NCBI RefSeq assembly: GCF_018350175.1
Contig: NC_058368.1
Span: 184,700,001 to 184,764,000 of the forward strand
DNA: 64,000 nucleotides
Direction of reading: 5' to 3'
Source: Felis catus
Taxonomy: Eukaryota
The notes under the pieces were generated by a model, which was not told the origin of the DNA, searched no databases, and saw only the letters and a list, made by a program, of their open reading frames with translations. This document shows positions 12,530 through 26,063 of the stretch, one piece after another; positions within the stretch are counted from its first letter, which is position 1; each line of letters starts with the position of its first letter. Made by a program: the position numbers and the translations under genes.

Positions 12530-12865
12530 TCTCCTGAGTTTTCTGTGCCTGACAAAAAGCCAGGATAACATGAGGAGATCTGTATCTCCAGTCACTCTGG
12601 CAGATCCTCTGTTTCCTACCTTGAACAGAACTTGCATTTATGTACATTGATGTACCAGAACTTGCATTTATGTACATTTTGTAACCAGGAAAAAAGGAAG
12701 GGAACAGAGGAATTACAAAGGATGGAGAAAAGACTTAAGCCCCTGAGTTTTACTGACATCAATGAGCTGTCAAAGCAGCCTCTCCGTGTACTTTCGTTAA
12801 TGCAATAAGCAATGCTGTTAAATTTGAGTATTCTCTGACTTGCAGCACAAAGCATTTTCACAAGT
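12530..12865 (+). mobile_element. MLT1 (MaLR) LTR fragment
   Basis: 3' end TTCTCTGACTTGCAGCACAAAGCAT resembles MLT1 termini; CTGACATCAATGAGCTG internal motif. Confidence 0.5.
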
Positions 12866-13714
12866 ACCAAACTCAGAGAGAAAAATTACGTAGGGAATAT
12901 CAGGTGACACAATAAACATAGTCTTCAAATACAGAGTAATGGGGTATTTACTGCTGTGTCTTCCTAGCACCCCTCCCTTCTTCCAGAAACCACATGGTTT
13001 GATGGACTTCTTCCACGGGATCAACGCCCCAGCCCTCACCACTGTGTGTAAATTAACCATTCAAACAAAACTTTTTTATTGTCCAGTTCAACTTGTTGAT
13101 TGTTTTTACTGTAAATAAGTAAACAGTTTATCTTAGTCTGTCAAAGATAAATAAGAGGTTTTTTTCTTTTTTGTTTTTTTTTTTTTGGAGAAATAAAATC
13201 AACTTCCCTGGGTCATTCCCTCAAACCTGAAGCAATAGCTGACCCCCCATCATACAAGTCTAATGAAAGGTTAGACATTTTAGCACTTCACCACCCATGA
13301 ACTATGTGTACAGAGATGTGTATGTGTGTGAAAGTAGGTATGAATGTTAATACTGGCATGATAGCCAATGATTAAAGTTTCAAACATAACTTGTTTTAAA
13401 CGATGTGTAATTTCACGTTAAAATAAAATACCATGGATAATCCCCAGTTGAAACTTCATATTTACCTTTCCACTTACCTCAAGTTATTCCCATCCTTCAG
13501 GATATACCTTGAGCCTCCTTTTTAAGGAAGCTGTCTCAAACTGTGAGAGCCCATATGGATTTTCCCTTCTCTTAAACTCTACATATATATCTGAGCTATA
13601 CACATTAGTATTTTGACCATTGCCTATTTAATTTTGTTTCCCAATCCCATGTCCAAATACAGTATGAAATGCTTGACATATAGATTCTTGATAAAATACT
13701 ATGACTCTATCATC

Positions 13715-13794
13715 TATTTAGATAATGGTAAACACCATTTAGATAACACCATTTAGATAACACCATTTAGATATATTTAGATAACGGTAAACAC
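13715..13794. repeat. Composite short tandem duplication
   Basis: TATTTAGATAA(T/C)GGTAAACAC x2 flanking CATTTAGATAACAC x2 plus CATTTAGATA. Confidence 0.95.
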
Positions 13795-14398
13795 AGAATG
13801 TTACATTTATATTTTGTACTTAAATATACCAAATACTAAATTAATAGCCTCTTTAAAATCTTTCCTTTAAATTAAAATATCAAATCTTAGAAATAACACA
13901 GTTTAAAACTTGTAAAATATTGATCTTCCAAATAAGCTAATGGGTTTCTCCAGGGCCTATGACTAACAAACTATGGATTTTAAGTATTCAAAGATTTTTT
14001 TTTAATTGTGATTTCTCGTATATGCTTTGGGAAATATAGGAGACAGATATTATTATGCCATGTGACATGAGAAGAACCTAAAGCCACATGAATAATAACT
14101 GGGCTTTCCTAAATCTCAGCTCTCTACCTGTCTCTCTAGAGACAGAGTTGTAGAAATAGGATTATCTCATCATCCTAAGAAAGGTCATAGTCTCAATAAA
14201 ACACAAGGAAAACAAAAACTACAAGCTGCTAATAAGCTGAAATCAACTTAATGGGCTAGATGGTATGTTCCCTTGGATACTTTCAGTTTTGAAAATCCTA
14301 TTTTTAATCACAAAATGTGACTTAAAATGTGTGAATAAATATAGAAAATAGAAAACTAATTATATTTAAGGTTACATTCAGAAATACATCACAAATTT

Positions 14399-14574
14399 TT
14401 GTAATGTTTATTTTGAGAGAGAGACAGAGCAGGGGAGGGGTAGAGAGAGAGAGAGAGGAAGAGAGAATCCAAAGCAGGCTCCATGCTGGGACTCAATCCC
14501 AGGAGTCATGAGCTCATGACCTGAGCCAAAACCAAGAGTCAGATGCTTAACCAACTGAGCCACCCAGCTACTCC
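14399..14574 (-). mobile_element. CanSINE (internally deleted)
   Basis: SINE body; TSD CACAAATTT at 14390-14398 and 14580-14588. Confidence 0.9.
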
Positions 14575-14929
14575 AAAGGCACAAATTTCTATCCTGTCAT
14601 CAATTAAACTGTTAAAACTTTAATGTTAGAACACAAACACACCCATCAGCATTACTAGAGAAAACTGTAAAATGGAGGTGATGTGTTCCAGCACAAATAT
14701 CTGCAATCTTCTTCATCTGGAACAATTACTGCTCAAAAATAAAATTAAAGGCCTCCAAAATGCCTATATCAAGACTTCTCCTTAAATCTTAAACATTATT
14801 TCATCCTCCTCAGCATTTATCTGTATCTAATCTATCTTCTTCCCACTAGTCTTGGAAATTAGAACTACCATTATTTTCTAAAAAGAGACTTAAGCTCTTT
14901 TTTTTCCCATCTTTCCACTTGAGCCTTCT

Positions 14930-15880
14930 CCTCCACCTACAGTTGTTTCTAAGTCTACCTCTCCTTGAGCCAATCACTTAAATCTTCTGCTTTCTATCTG
15001 CCTCCCTTCCTCTCTTCACTATCCAAAATCTTGATAGAACATCTCGCACGTGCCCCTACCTCCTAATCCACAGCAAAGTATGGCAACTATCATGCCCAAA
15101 CCACTTCTTTTAAAGTTTCTAGTGACCAGTTCATCACAAAAAATCCTAGATCCATTTCTCAATCCTCCTTCTTTTTGACCCCGACGCAGCCATTCATAGT
15201 CTTGGTAGCTTATCTTCCATAACTCTCTTATCTCATAAGATCATTATTTTCCTGTGTGTCTGTTTCAACACAGGTCCTCTTGCACCTCCTACACTGTGAG
15301 TTCCCAGAGAAGTACAGAGATGCTTCCCAGAAGCAGAGATGCTTCTCTCTGCTCTTTCCACTTTTGCACCTCTTTCTGTTCTTGATATTTTAATCCTGTC
15401 TCATAGCTTTAAATATCATCACTGTGCAGAAAACTCTCTGATCCCTATCTCATCTCTCTCTTCTCAGCCCATACTCCTCCATCAAATTCTAGTTTCTTTC
15501 CTGATCTACTCAATGTCCAAACATTCAGTCACAGTATACCATGGGAAATAAAAGTACACTCTGAGAAATATATACAATAATGTCTGTGCTCCCAAAAATC
15601 TTTATTAGCATAACTACAGAATATCTCCATTTTGATAAATACCAAACATGTCAACTTGGTAAACCTAAAGATGAACCATCTTCCTATTGCCCAGACCTGT
15701 ACCTTTCTCTTCTCACTCCTTCTGTGCTCAAAATTTTGGTTAATGGCACTGCTATTCTTTTAAGTTTAGACTTTGCAAAACAATTTCCTGTCTTTTGCTT
15801 CCTACTTATACTTAGTTTTGGAATTCACTCCTCTACTTTACTACCACTGGAGCCCGATTCAGGTCTCACTATTTCAGGGA
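14930..15880 (+). mobile_element. L2 remnant
   Basis: Pyrimidine-rich; L2-like CTCATAGCTTTAAATATCATC and TTCTCAATCCTCCTTCTTTTTGACC motifs. Confidence 0.6.
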
Positions 15881-16309
15881 GGCAGTGCAGGACAGAAGAT
15901 AAACATCTAGACACTGCAATAAAAATGCCCAAATTCCTCATCGTATAAGGAACACAGCAGGAAATAAGCAGCAATGAAGAATCCACAGGAAGAGAAGTAG
16001 CAACATTCATGGCCAGTCTCTTGAAGTTTAGGACAAAAGCAAAATGATATAGGTAGACAGTTCTTACCAGAATAGGGTTCTAATGGCCACTAAGAAGAGT
16101 GTTTTAGTTACCAGAGTACTCAACAATAAAAGGTGGGGGGGGGGGGGGGGACCTACTCCAGTGACTAAGGCTCAAAGGGACTATTATTTGTCATTGTCTT
16201 TTTTATTAGTATATACAATAATTGCATCGCACCATAATTTCTCTTCCCAGAACCTAGCCCATATGTAATAGGTATTCAAACATTAGCTGAGTGAAAACTA
16301 GCAAACAGC

Positions 16310-16510
16310 AACCATTTATTAAGTACCTATAAAATGCCAGTCAGAAAAAGTCATTTCACATATATTAGAAATTATATAATCCTACTTAGATTATAAAAAT
16401 GAGCCTCCAGTGACTAAAATATTTTGCCCAGCATTCCACATTTTATAAATGATTAAGAATTAAAACCCAATTCTATCCAACACAAAAGTTGTACTCTTTC
16501 CACTGCATCG
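16310..16510 (-). mobile_element. MIR remnant
   Basis: ACCATTTATTAAGTACCTA ... TTTGCCCAG ... ACTCTTTCCACTGCA pattern. Confidence 0.55.
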
Positions 16511-17139
16511 TACATAATTCTTTGAAGATATTAACATGTTCTGAAGGTCCCCTAAGACTTTTACCATGGGTCTAATTAACATTTGTATGACATTTCATCA
16601 CAAAAAGCAGAATCCCTCTTGAAATACATAAAAGTTATTGTGTGGAAAGAAAGAGTTAAATTAAATCACCTTTATTCATTTTATTTGTAGGGAAAAAAAG
16701 AGAGAAGGGGTTGTATTAATGAGTAAAAAGAGGGTGAGAAGATAGTGCAAGACTGAGAATATATCTAAGAATCCTAACTCAACATACTTCACAATTTTGC
16801 CTAAGGCTAGCCCTGAATTATCATCTCCAAGTATCCTAGAAATAAGACCTATCTCAAAAAACCAGCAGCCTTCATTAAATATAGATGAACAGGAAAGCCA
16901 ATATGTAAGAATGGAATAACCCAACTACTACCTGCCCAAGGCAAAAACTTGGGAGTAAAACAATGTGAGACCATTTTTTCCTCTGACCTGTGACATAATT
17001 CTGATGCATGCATTTTGGCTCTCAAAAATTTAAGATCAATATGTTGAATTTTATCATTTTAAGTAGTTATGGTGAATTACTCAAACCAGGTACCCCCTTC
17101 ATCTCCAATACTTAATGGAGACAACAAAACTAAAGCCAA

Positions 17140-17335
17140 GTGGTTCTCTTTGGACTAAAGCCCTACCATGTACTAACTGCACACTGGAGCAAGTCACTTA
17201 TTCTGTGTCTTAATTTTATTCTCCATAAAATGTGGATAATAACAGGACTATTGTTACTCAATTATTTGTTAACTGTAGTAACAGGAGAGGGCCTGGCAAA
17301 TGGTAAATACTGAACACACATTAATTTCATTATAT
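17140..17335 (+). mobile_element. MIR remnant
   Basis: GCAAGTCACTTA..CTGTGTCTTAATTT..TAAAATGTGGATAATAAC core. Confidence 0.7.
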
Positions 17336-18414
17336 CCACTCTGCAAACGTTAGTCTCTTTTATACACCACTAAATCCTCTCCAGTCTGTGAAATGTCTGT
17401 CATATAGGAAATATCAATAAATTTGTCAATGAGTTTCTCAAAAAAGAAAGAAAATATTTTTGTCTAAGTCCTCCAATAATTAAAGTAAAAATGAAGTTGA
17501 GTTAACCAGTCAGCCAAATGATTTCTACTCTTACTCTACCATAATACTTTAAGATCCTCCTGGGTAACAGTCCCCTGTTCCATAATTAGAAGTGCTTAAG
17601 GCAACTTTGGCCCCTTCTCATTTCTCATTTCTCATTTATCCTCTTGGTACTTAGTATCTCCCATCTGTTCATCAAGTTTGCCTATCAGTTGTGATCTCTA
17701 GGGAAAGAAAACACCTCTTTCATTTTGGGCTCTGACTTTTATGAAGAGAATGTTGCAGGTACTAAAATAATAATAATTAATGGAAATGAGTCATTATCAT
17801 TACTTGCATTATGAATCCCTTTATCCCTGACTGGCCAGGTGTTTGATGGGCAGTCGCTTCACTGCTTAAACCCCCACTGCCTGGAAACTCCTACAATGAA
17901 TGCAAATGTGTCTCTATCTGCCTCCTGGGGTAACAGAGAAAGCAATTAACAAATGTTCACAAAGTACTTGGAAAGAGATAATGGCACTATATAAATGTTA
18001 CAGATTATTGCATCATGAAACTTAAAATCATAATCAACTCTAAGATGGGTTAATTGGAAAGGTAACAAAAAAATCTCAGAAAGAGCCTCCTCTCAGAAGA
18101 ATTTCAAAAAGACATCCTCTTCCTGAGGCTAATAAATCGCCTTCAGAACCCTTGCCCCTCACCCCCATCCTTTGGAGAATAAGGGTAATAAGAAGCTACT
18201 TGGTTGTGATGGGGTGTTGTGGGGATAATTTAATAAAACCAAAACAAAACACAGAATCACTCCCCGTTCAGAATTAAGCAAGAGATAAAATTTGAGAGGC
18301 TGTCTTTCAACCTGGGTTACAGTTCTAGGTACTGCAAACACCAATTTTATGCAAGTCACAAACAGCACAGCACACAAGGCAGTGTGCACAACAGCAGAGA
18401 AAACACATAATCTG

Positions 18415-19455
18415 GCTCTGATTGCTCCCAAACTTATACTTCCAACCTGAGCCACCCATCCCTGGTATCTTGCTTATCCTCTCCATTGGATATCTAGTGG
18501 GCAGGGCATCTCAAACCCAATATATTCAAAACCAAGCTCCTGGTCTCCCCATCAAACCTGCACCCTTGCCAGACAGCGTCCTCCCACTCTCTGTAAACAG
18601 CAACTCTACCCTGCCAATTGCTCCAGCCAAAAACCTTGGACTCATCCACAACTCTGCATTATCTTACATCCCTCATTCATCCCAACAGTAAAACGTGTTG
18701 GCTCTGATTTCAAAACACCAAGAATCAGACAACTTCTCACCGCCTTTACTGCGACTGCAAACTACCATCTCCTCTTGCCTGGATGATTGAAATAGTCTCC
18801 TAATTGGTCTCTCTACTTCCTCCCTTGCTCTCCTTTAGTGTATTCTTCTGAAGTTAAATCGGAACATTCCTGTGGTCACAATTCTGAAATAACTCCCCAC
18901 TTGATTCCAACCAAATGCCAAAGAGTCTTTATAATGGGTTATAACCATCTATGTGATCTGGCTCTGTAATCTTCTCTCTCAGCTTATCTCCTAGAACCCT
19001 TCCTTCCTCCCCCCACCCCCATACTCTAGCTACAGTGTCTCCCCTACTGCTCCTAGACCACTAGGTATGCACGTGCCTCAGGGCCTTTGCACTTGCTGCT
19101 CCCACCTACCCAGATATTCTCATTGTCTTGCCCCCCTACCTCCTTCCCATCTATACTCAGAAGTTACCTGCCATCTGAGAATTTTCACAAGCCAAACTTT
19201 CTTCTTTCTAAAATTGTAGGCCTCACTCCCACACTGACTATACCTTTATCCCTTTTCTGCAATTCTTCTTAGTATCTATCACCATCTGGCATTATTTGTT
19301 TATGTATTGTCTAACAACTCCCCTCATCTGAATGTACTCTGCATGACAGCAGCAGTTTCTGCCTATTTCTTTTCTCTTTTTATTTACTACTGTTTCTCCA
19401 TCCCCTAAAACAGCATCTGACATTATAACAAATACTGAATACATATGTATTAATT
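18415..19455 (+). mobile_element. L2 (L2a-like) 3' region
   Basis: GGCATCTCAAACCCAA, CCATCTCCTCTTGCCTGGATGATTGAAATAGTCTCCTAATTGGTCTC, TGCCTCAGGGCCTTTGCACTTGCTG. Confidence 0.85.
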
Positions 19456-19705
19456 TTTTTTTTCCATTTTATTGGTGCTTAAAATCCCAGGTGTTAGAAT
19501 TATTGCACTAATAGTACATGATAAAGAACCACTTGGTACCATCAAGTAAGGATGGCAGGAATGTGGTCGACTTCCTCACAAACTCCCAATTATACAAATT
19601 CTGGGCATGAAAATACTAAAGGGTAACACTGGAATTTGATTCTTTCCACAGTTATTAATATTGAACACTAGCCCTCTAATCATAAAACACAAGGCTGGTT
19701 TTTAC

Positions 19706-19829
19706 CCATGTATCAGGCTGGAGGGGAAGAAATCAAACCAAGATGTGCATTTCATACTCTGGCACCGTCCCCTGGATATAAGAGACAGTTTTGTTCAACA
19801 GCTAAAACAATGTTTTGAATGTGTAAATT
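19706..19829 (-). other. Candidate spliced exon (124 nt, probably non-coding/5'UTR)
   Basis: Acceptor TTTTAATTTTCTTTTAG|AAT and donor CATGG|GTAAAA in non-repetitive DNA; stops in all three frames. Confidence 0.35.
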
Positions 19830-20139
19830 CTAAAAGAAAATTAAAACTGGCAGCTACTTGATATTTAGGGGGGGGAAAAAAGAGCTCCTGTTCAGCAATC
19901 ATTAAGATCTAGAGCTGCAGTAATTCCCTCTAATAAAAAATAATTTATGATTTTCTTGGAGCTGAGAAAATGATGGTGCACCTGAGCCTCTGATTTATAA
20001 AAAATGCATTTCCAGCTCTTTTTTTAAACTGCATCTTTATTTCAGTTTTACAGTTCTTCAAAGCAAATCGTAACAGTAAAGCCCTTGACAAGAAGGTGAA
20101 GGCCACAGAAAGAGGAAAGACAGATACTCTCAACTGCAG

Positions 20140-20440
20140 AAGAAAGGCGCAAGCTTATAGAATTATCCTGGAAGGCCCTCTCAAATGTGACACAGAGACC
20201 TTCCTTAAACACTTGGCCTGAAATGTGCCCCCCAGCATCTCCCAACTACCCAATTTTAATTGTTGGCGGACCACTCACCCCTCTCCTGCTATGTATTGCC
20301 TTTCCCCCAATTTTAGAAGCTCCTAAAGACAAGGACCTGTCCGCTTCACCAATGTACTCACAGTGGCAGAAGTGACACCTGACAAAGATTAGGCATATAA
20401 CACAAATCTGCCACATGAATGACTGCATTAAACATTTGAA
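20140..20440 (+). mobile_element. L2 3' end remnant
   Basis: CTCAAATGTGACACAGAGACCTTCCT..AAGCTCCTAAAGACAAGGACCTGTC..TGAATGACTG. Confidence 0.6.
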
Positions 20441-23400
20441 TTTTTTCCTTCTTGCACTAGATGAAGTAGGAGGTATGATTCCAACTCTTGCCAATTAATG
20501 AATTAATCTCAACAGCTAAGAAGATTTGAGAGAATATATGCTTTTTTAAGGTCTAAGTTCTCCCCATAAAATTAGTGCCATATAAAAAGGTCCTGTAAGA
20601 ATAAGCCCATCCCTGCTCCCCTCCCCAATTCCCAATACAATAAATGAAATGTACATTTCTGTTAGCTTCTATTTGCTGGTGACATTTAGTTTTAATTCAA
20701 ACCAGCCTTCATAAATTCTGGTACTGTGCACAACATCTTAAATGGCTCTATTCTTTATTCAAAATCATCCCTCTCATTCCCAGCATTGTAGTAAATAGAT
20801 CTTCTAAAGGGGAAATAAAACTATTTCAACAACAGGCCTATTTCAGCGGTTTTTCAAAGGCATTTCTTTCATTTCCCTTGGCTAGAGTTTTCTTTTTATG
20901 CTTGGAAAGTTGTGTTATATATACATGTAGTTTAGTCCAAATGGATGTGGCTTTTTGTTGTTGTTGTTATTGTTGTTGATTTCAGCTTTTCTATTTTCCA
21001 CTTCAGTATTCTTTCAAAAGCAAAACTTCATATTTCTCTTATTCCTCTGTGAGTCTCCATTACTGAACCCAAGTTCTCTTTTAAAGAAGGAATAGTTGGG
21101 ATACTGTGTGACTCATATTTTCCCCAATAAAAAATAACTAAATTTACAGATGAGAATATTTATAGCATATAACAATCTCAAATAACCTTTCATTTTTCTA
21201 CATTATTTTTAAGGAGTGACCTTCATGCATAAGAATATTTCCTAACCTTTTTTTTTTCCACTTACCCAAAATATCAACTAGGGATCCTCAGAATTGTAAT
21301 CTAGCCAGAGACAATTTGCTGCTACCCCCAGACAGCTGGGAGAGATTACTGAAAGGGAAGAAAATACTTCAAGAGCCATGGCTCCTGCCCTCCTCTAACA
21401 TCTTCACTGTCCCCAATCCCCATCTCCAGCCCCATCCCCCAACGTGATTTTAAAACTTAAGAAGAATTTGATGCAATCTTAACTTATCCTATGGAAACAA
21501 TCAGAACTATATAGAAAATGTATGCACAGAAGGGTTTATCACAGCATTATCCTAGTATAGCAGTAAAAATATACACACACATGAACCCATGTTGGAAAGG
21601 GGAAAAAAAAAAAAACCTGGAGTTAAATAAGACAATTTAACATTGATATCTCTGAATGGGCGAAATATCAATTATTCTTGTTTTTACTTTATTTGTATTT
21701 CCAAATTTTCTTCAATAGACATGCACTGCATACAAAATTCAGAGTTTAGAAACAGTTAAGAAAAAAATTAAACAATTCCAACAATAAGGAAACAGACTGC
21801 ACAAATTACAAATAAAATTGAGACTCAAGGGGAAAAAATGTTTAAGAAAAATCTTTTTTTCACCTTTTTTTAAAGTAAAAATTGTTTCAACAAGAAAAAA
21901 GTCCTCTGATCAATTTTTTTTTTTTTTAATTTTTATAGCTGCCTTAAAATAATCAGACTGGAAGGAACAGGGTGTCAGCCTAAGAGATACTGAGATCCCA
22001 TATCATATGAAAACACACCCCTTACAACAAGCCCTGGATACAAACAGAAGAGGAACGCTAGAGAGTATAAGGTTGTACAACCTTTACTCATTGTTTCCTT
22101 CCTCTTGTCTTAGAAGCCTATGGAACAATGTGCAATTTCTGACTGAAATTAGCAGTCAATATGATCAATGACTATTTTTGCAGCCAAATTTTTTGATAGA
22201 GGAGCATCAACTCACAGCTGTTTGGAAGCATTCAAAATAAGATCTCACCTAAAGCCCTCTCTTCCTCCATTTTTATTTATTCTTTACAAAAAACACGCAT
22301 CAATTTTGCCATCTAACAAATTAAATGCTTTCATTTTTGTTTCTTTTCAATCCTCATCAACAAACATTTCCATTTTGTGGGGTCGCTAATATGTTAAAGA
22401 TTTTGCATTCTGCTCTCTTCATTTAAATTTATAAGGGAGATTCTAATTTTAAACTATTCTATGCTTTTAATTCAAAGAGAAAATAATTCTATGTGATTTT
22501 GACTAGAGGAACCTTCCACCAAAGTATAAACCCTAAAAATAAATACAGCTATTAAAATTAATTACACCAAATTGCTTAAGCAAGGTAAACAGCAAACCCA
22601 GGGCCAAGTGCTAAAAACTTGAGAGAGTCAATTATCAAACTATCTAGTAAAAGCCTCCAAAAATCGATAATCCCCAGCCTTACTTTTATGATGACATTAG
22701 AAATAACATTTAATTTTTTATATATAAGAAACGATCTCATGGAAAGCCAGTCTATGCTAATCTTTTAAACCTATTACCAACATTTTATGCATCATAATCC
22801 TCACTAAATCAGAATATATATATATCTATTTAGGTTCTCTCAACAACAGCACTTTCTAAAAGGGTCCCTGGCAGGCAGTAACACCATTCATTTACTAAAT
22901 ATTGCCTGGGGACCTAGCCATGCATGACTCTTATTAATGTAGATGGGAGTTTCAGTCATATCCAAGGTCTGTGGAACAAATGGAGTAACCCATTATTGGT
23001 TCTTCTCCCCTCATATCTATTTAACATGGATAATAAAAAGAATTTGGTCTGCAATGCTTTACTCAATTACCAAATACCATTAGATTCCTATTTTAGAGTT
23101 TGTTTTCTCTCTGAACCCACGCATCATTTATGAGTTCACAGGTAGGAGGAAATCCACACCTTAAGCCATTATCTTAAGAATACTTCTTGATCAGCCTTCT
23201 GTTGTTTCTTAATTATTTTATTGGCATAATTACAAGTACAGGACATTTGATACTCACAAAAGTGATTTTATAGGATCTAGGTCTACAGTCTAATAACACC
23301 AAATTCTGTACATACTCACACAACAGAGGATGATGGTTTTATAACAGAGAAGTCTATCAATTTGATTTCCTAATCTCGTATTACTTACCCAAACAATAAA

Positions 23401-24509
23401 GTTTATTTAGGGCAAACAACTAGGTAAAAGAAATTTGTTTCTAAGCCTTCAACAATATGATAAAATAAATTACAGCCTATTCATCCAACAGGATATGTCA
23501 AAGCCATTAAATATGATATATAGATTTCTATTAATTCTCCAGGATATATGCCAATGAAAAATAAACAAACAATAGGTCAGCATGGTATGTGACCCAATTT
23601 AATGTCTTTATACATGTGTTAAAATGGATCACAGAAGAGGACACACCCAAATCTTATCAGTGCTTATCTCTGGGTGATCAGACTACAGATGAGGTATTTG
23701 CATCTTTTTACCCTTCAGTATTTTCTACAATGATAAATACAAGTCTATATGCTAAAAAGCTTGGGAGAAAGTCTCTTTAAAAAGTCTCTCTTTAATGGGG
23801 AGGTAGGATGGGATCAAGAGAGACAATTGGTTTGCCCTTCAGTTTAATACTAGATATGTAAATGATACTTCATAAAAATGATAACTACATAGATGTGGGC
23901 TAGGAGTCCAGAATTTAACAATCAGTTTGCAACTTCCAGAATACAGACAGTTAAACCTTAGAACACCAGAATGTCTTTGCCATTCTTTGTCCTGTACTGC
24001 AGACTAGTTCAATTTCCTTACCCACATGTCCTCCATTAATTGCCTTTTCAATAGATTACTAATAAGTTTTTGATGTTAAGCAAACATCAATGCTCCTATT
24101 AAAGTGAGACCAAACACTGTGACTATTTGTTTAATAACACAGTCTGAATGAAGGACGAAGTTCAATTAGCACTGGAGCTGATACAGGCTTCATTAGGAAG
24201 GAGAGGCAATTAAAAAGTGGAAGGCTGCAGGAGGCACTGATGTGCACATCATGCAGCAAGCAGAAAAGGACAAGCAGCACAGAGTTCCTTTGAAAAAACT
24301 GTAACCTGAAGACTTCAGACAGAAAGAAGGATCATTAGCACAAAATTAAGCACCCTAATAGGGTGATCCTTATCCCACTAGCTCCAGAAGAAATATGAGG
24401 CCCAATCACGTAATCTAAATAAACTGCAGGGTGTCAGGACAATTGGAAGAAACAGGAATTATCTAGCGGGTAGAACTTCATTTAGCACAGAGCTTGGTTC
24501 ACAGACACT

Positions 24510-24690
24510 GTCCAATGGATGCTACTGAGCACTATTTGGGGAGTCAGAAGACCCATCTGTACCATTAACTAGCTGTGTGACCTTGAGTAAGTCACCCAAC
24601 CTCTATAGACTTCTGTTTCCCTTTTTGTAAAATTAGGGGATTAAACAAATGAGGTCTTCTAATTCAAATATTCCATAATTTTACGATTCC
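24510..24690 (+). mobile_element. MIR remnant
   Basis: ACTAGCTGTGTGACCTTGAGTAAGTCACCCAACCTCT core. Confidence 0.8.
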
Positions 24691-25409
24691 AATTACTCAT
24701 GCTATCATTGTTTCCTAGTGACACATGAGACAATGCAAATCACAACTTATTTGGCAATTAAACAGTATTCATACCATTTTCTTAAAAGGATGGTGGTAAA
24801 GATAAGCAAAGGTATTCTAATTTTTTAAAGATACACATGGACAGGGATTTTATTTCGCCACTAAAATCCCAGGATTTCTCTGATTATCCCAATTTCATGT
24901 GTCTAGAAATGTTAAACCAGTATAATAAATCAGATCTTTTTGCAACTTTGTGCTATTAAATATTTACAACTTAGTGCCAGACATTTGGGGAAAAATAAAT
25001 GTGGCTGAAGTATGAAGAGGAAATTCTTTCATCTATTAAATTGTTTAATGACAACTCAGTCATACCCCAAGGTCACTCCTGAAATCACAGCCTTGTGAAG
25101 AGACCCATGGGGATCAGACCAGCTGCCTAGTGCCTGCTTTTCCTCCAGAGCTCCCATGAGGGAGGGAAAGCAAGCCAGCCTTCCACAGTAGAAACAGTGA
25201 CAGACCCACAGAACCACTTTGAAGAGGGGCATGAGAATACTAAAATAAATAGGCATGGGTGTGAAAAGGGAAGTTTAAAACAAAGGATTTTTTAAACACA
25301 ATTGCACTCAGTGCAAAAGTAAGCAATCTCAGTTCTAGAAATTTATTTGACACAAGCATTTATTTAAGTGGATAAAGATATGTTCATTCAACATTAATTT
25401 GACAAATAT

Positions 25410-26013
25410 GATAAGGCAACATTTGAACAGACACCTAAAGGAGAAATGCAGGAGTGAGTCAGACAAATATGGGGGAAGCGGGAGAGGCTTGAAGGTTTCC
25501 AAGCAGTGAAAACAACAGACGCAAAAACCCTAAGGAGAAATTGTGCTTATTACATTCAAGAGATAGTGAATATTCTAATGTGGCTGGTGTACAGTGAATA
25601 AGAGGGAGAGTGGTAGAGATCAAGGTCAGAAAAATAGTATGATGTTAGCTCATGGGGAGTCTTAAAGACCATGGCAAATACTTTGGATTACAGTGAGAGA
25701 CAGAGTCACTGAAGGGCTTTGAAAAGAGTAATTTTCATCTGAGTTTTAAAAGATTACTTTTTTTTTTAATGTTTATTTTTTTTTAATTTTTTTTTCAACG
25801 TTTATTTATTTTTTGGGACAGAGAGAGACAGAGCATGAACGGGGGAGGGGCAGAGAGAGAGGGAGACACAGAATCAGAAACAGGCTCCAGGCTCTGAGCC
25901 ATCAGCCCAGAGCCTGACGCGGGGCTCGAACTCACGGACCGCGAGATAGTGACCTGGCTGAAGTCGGACGCTTAACCGACTGCACCACCCAGGCGCCCCT
26001 GTGTTTCTTTATT

Positions 26014-26063
<50 letters not shown>

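Noticed and set aside
13715..13794. CRISPR-like short direct repeats
   Set aside because: No unique spacers, no cas genes, and a mammalian context.
15580..15948. 122-aa ORF
   Set aside because: Lies within a decayed L2; no recognisable domain.
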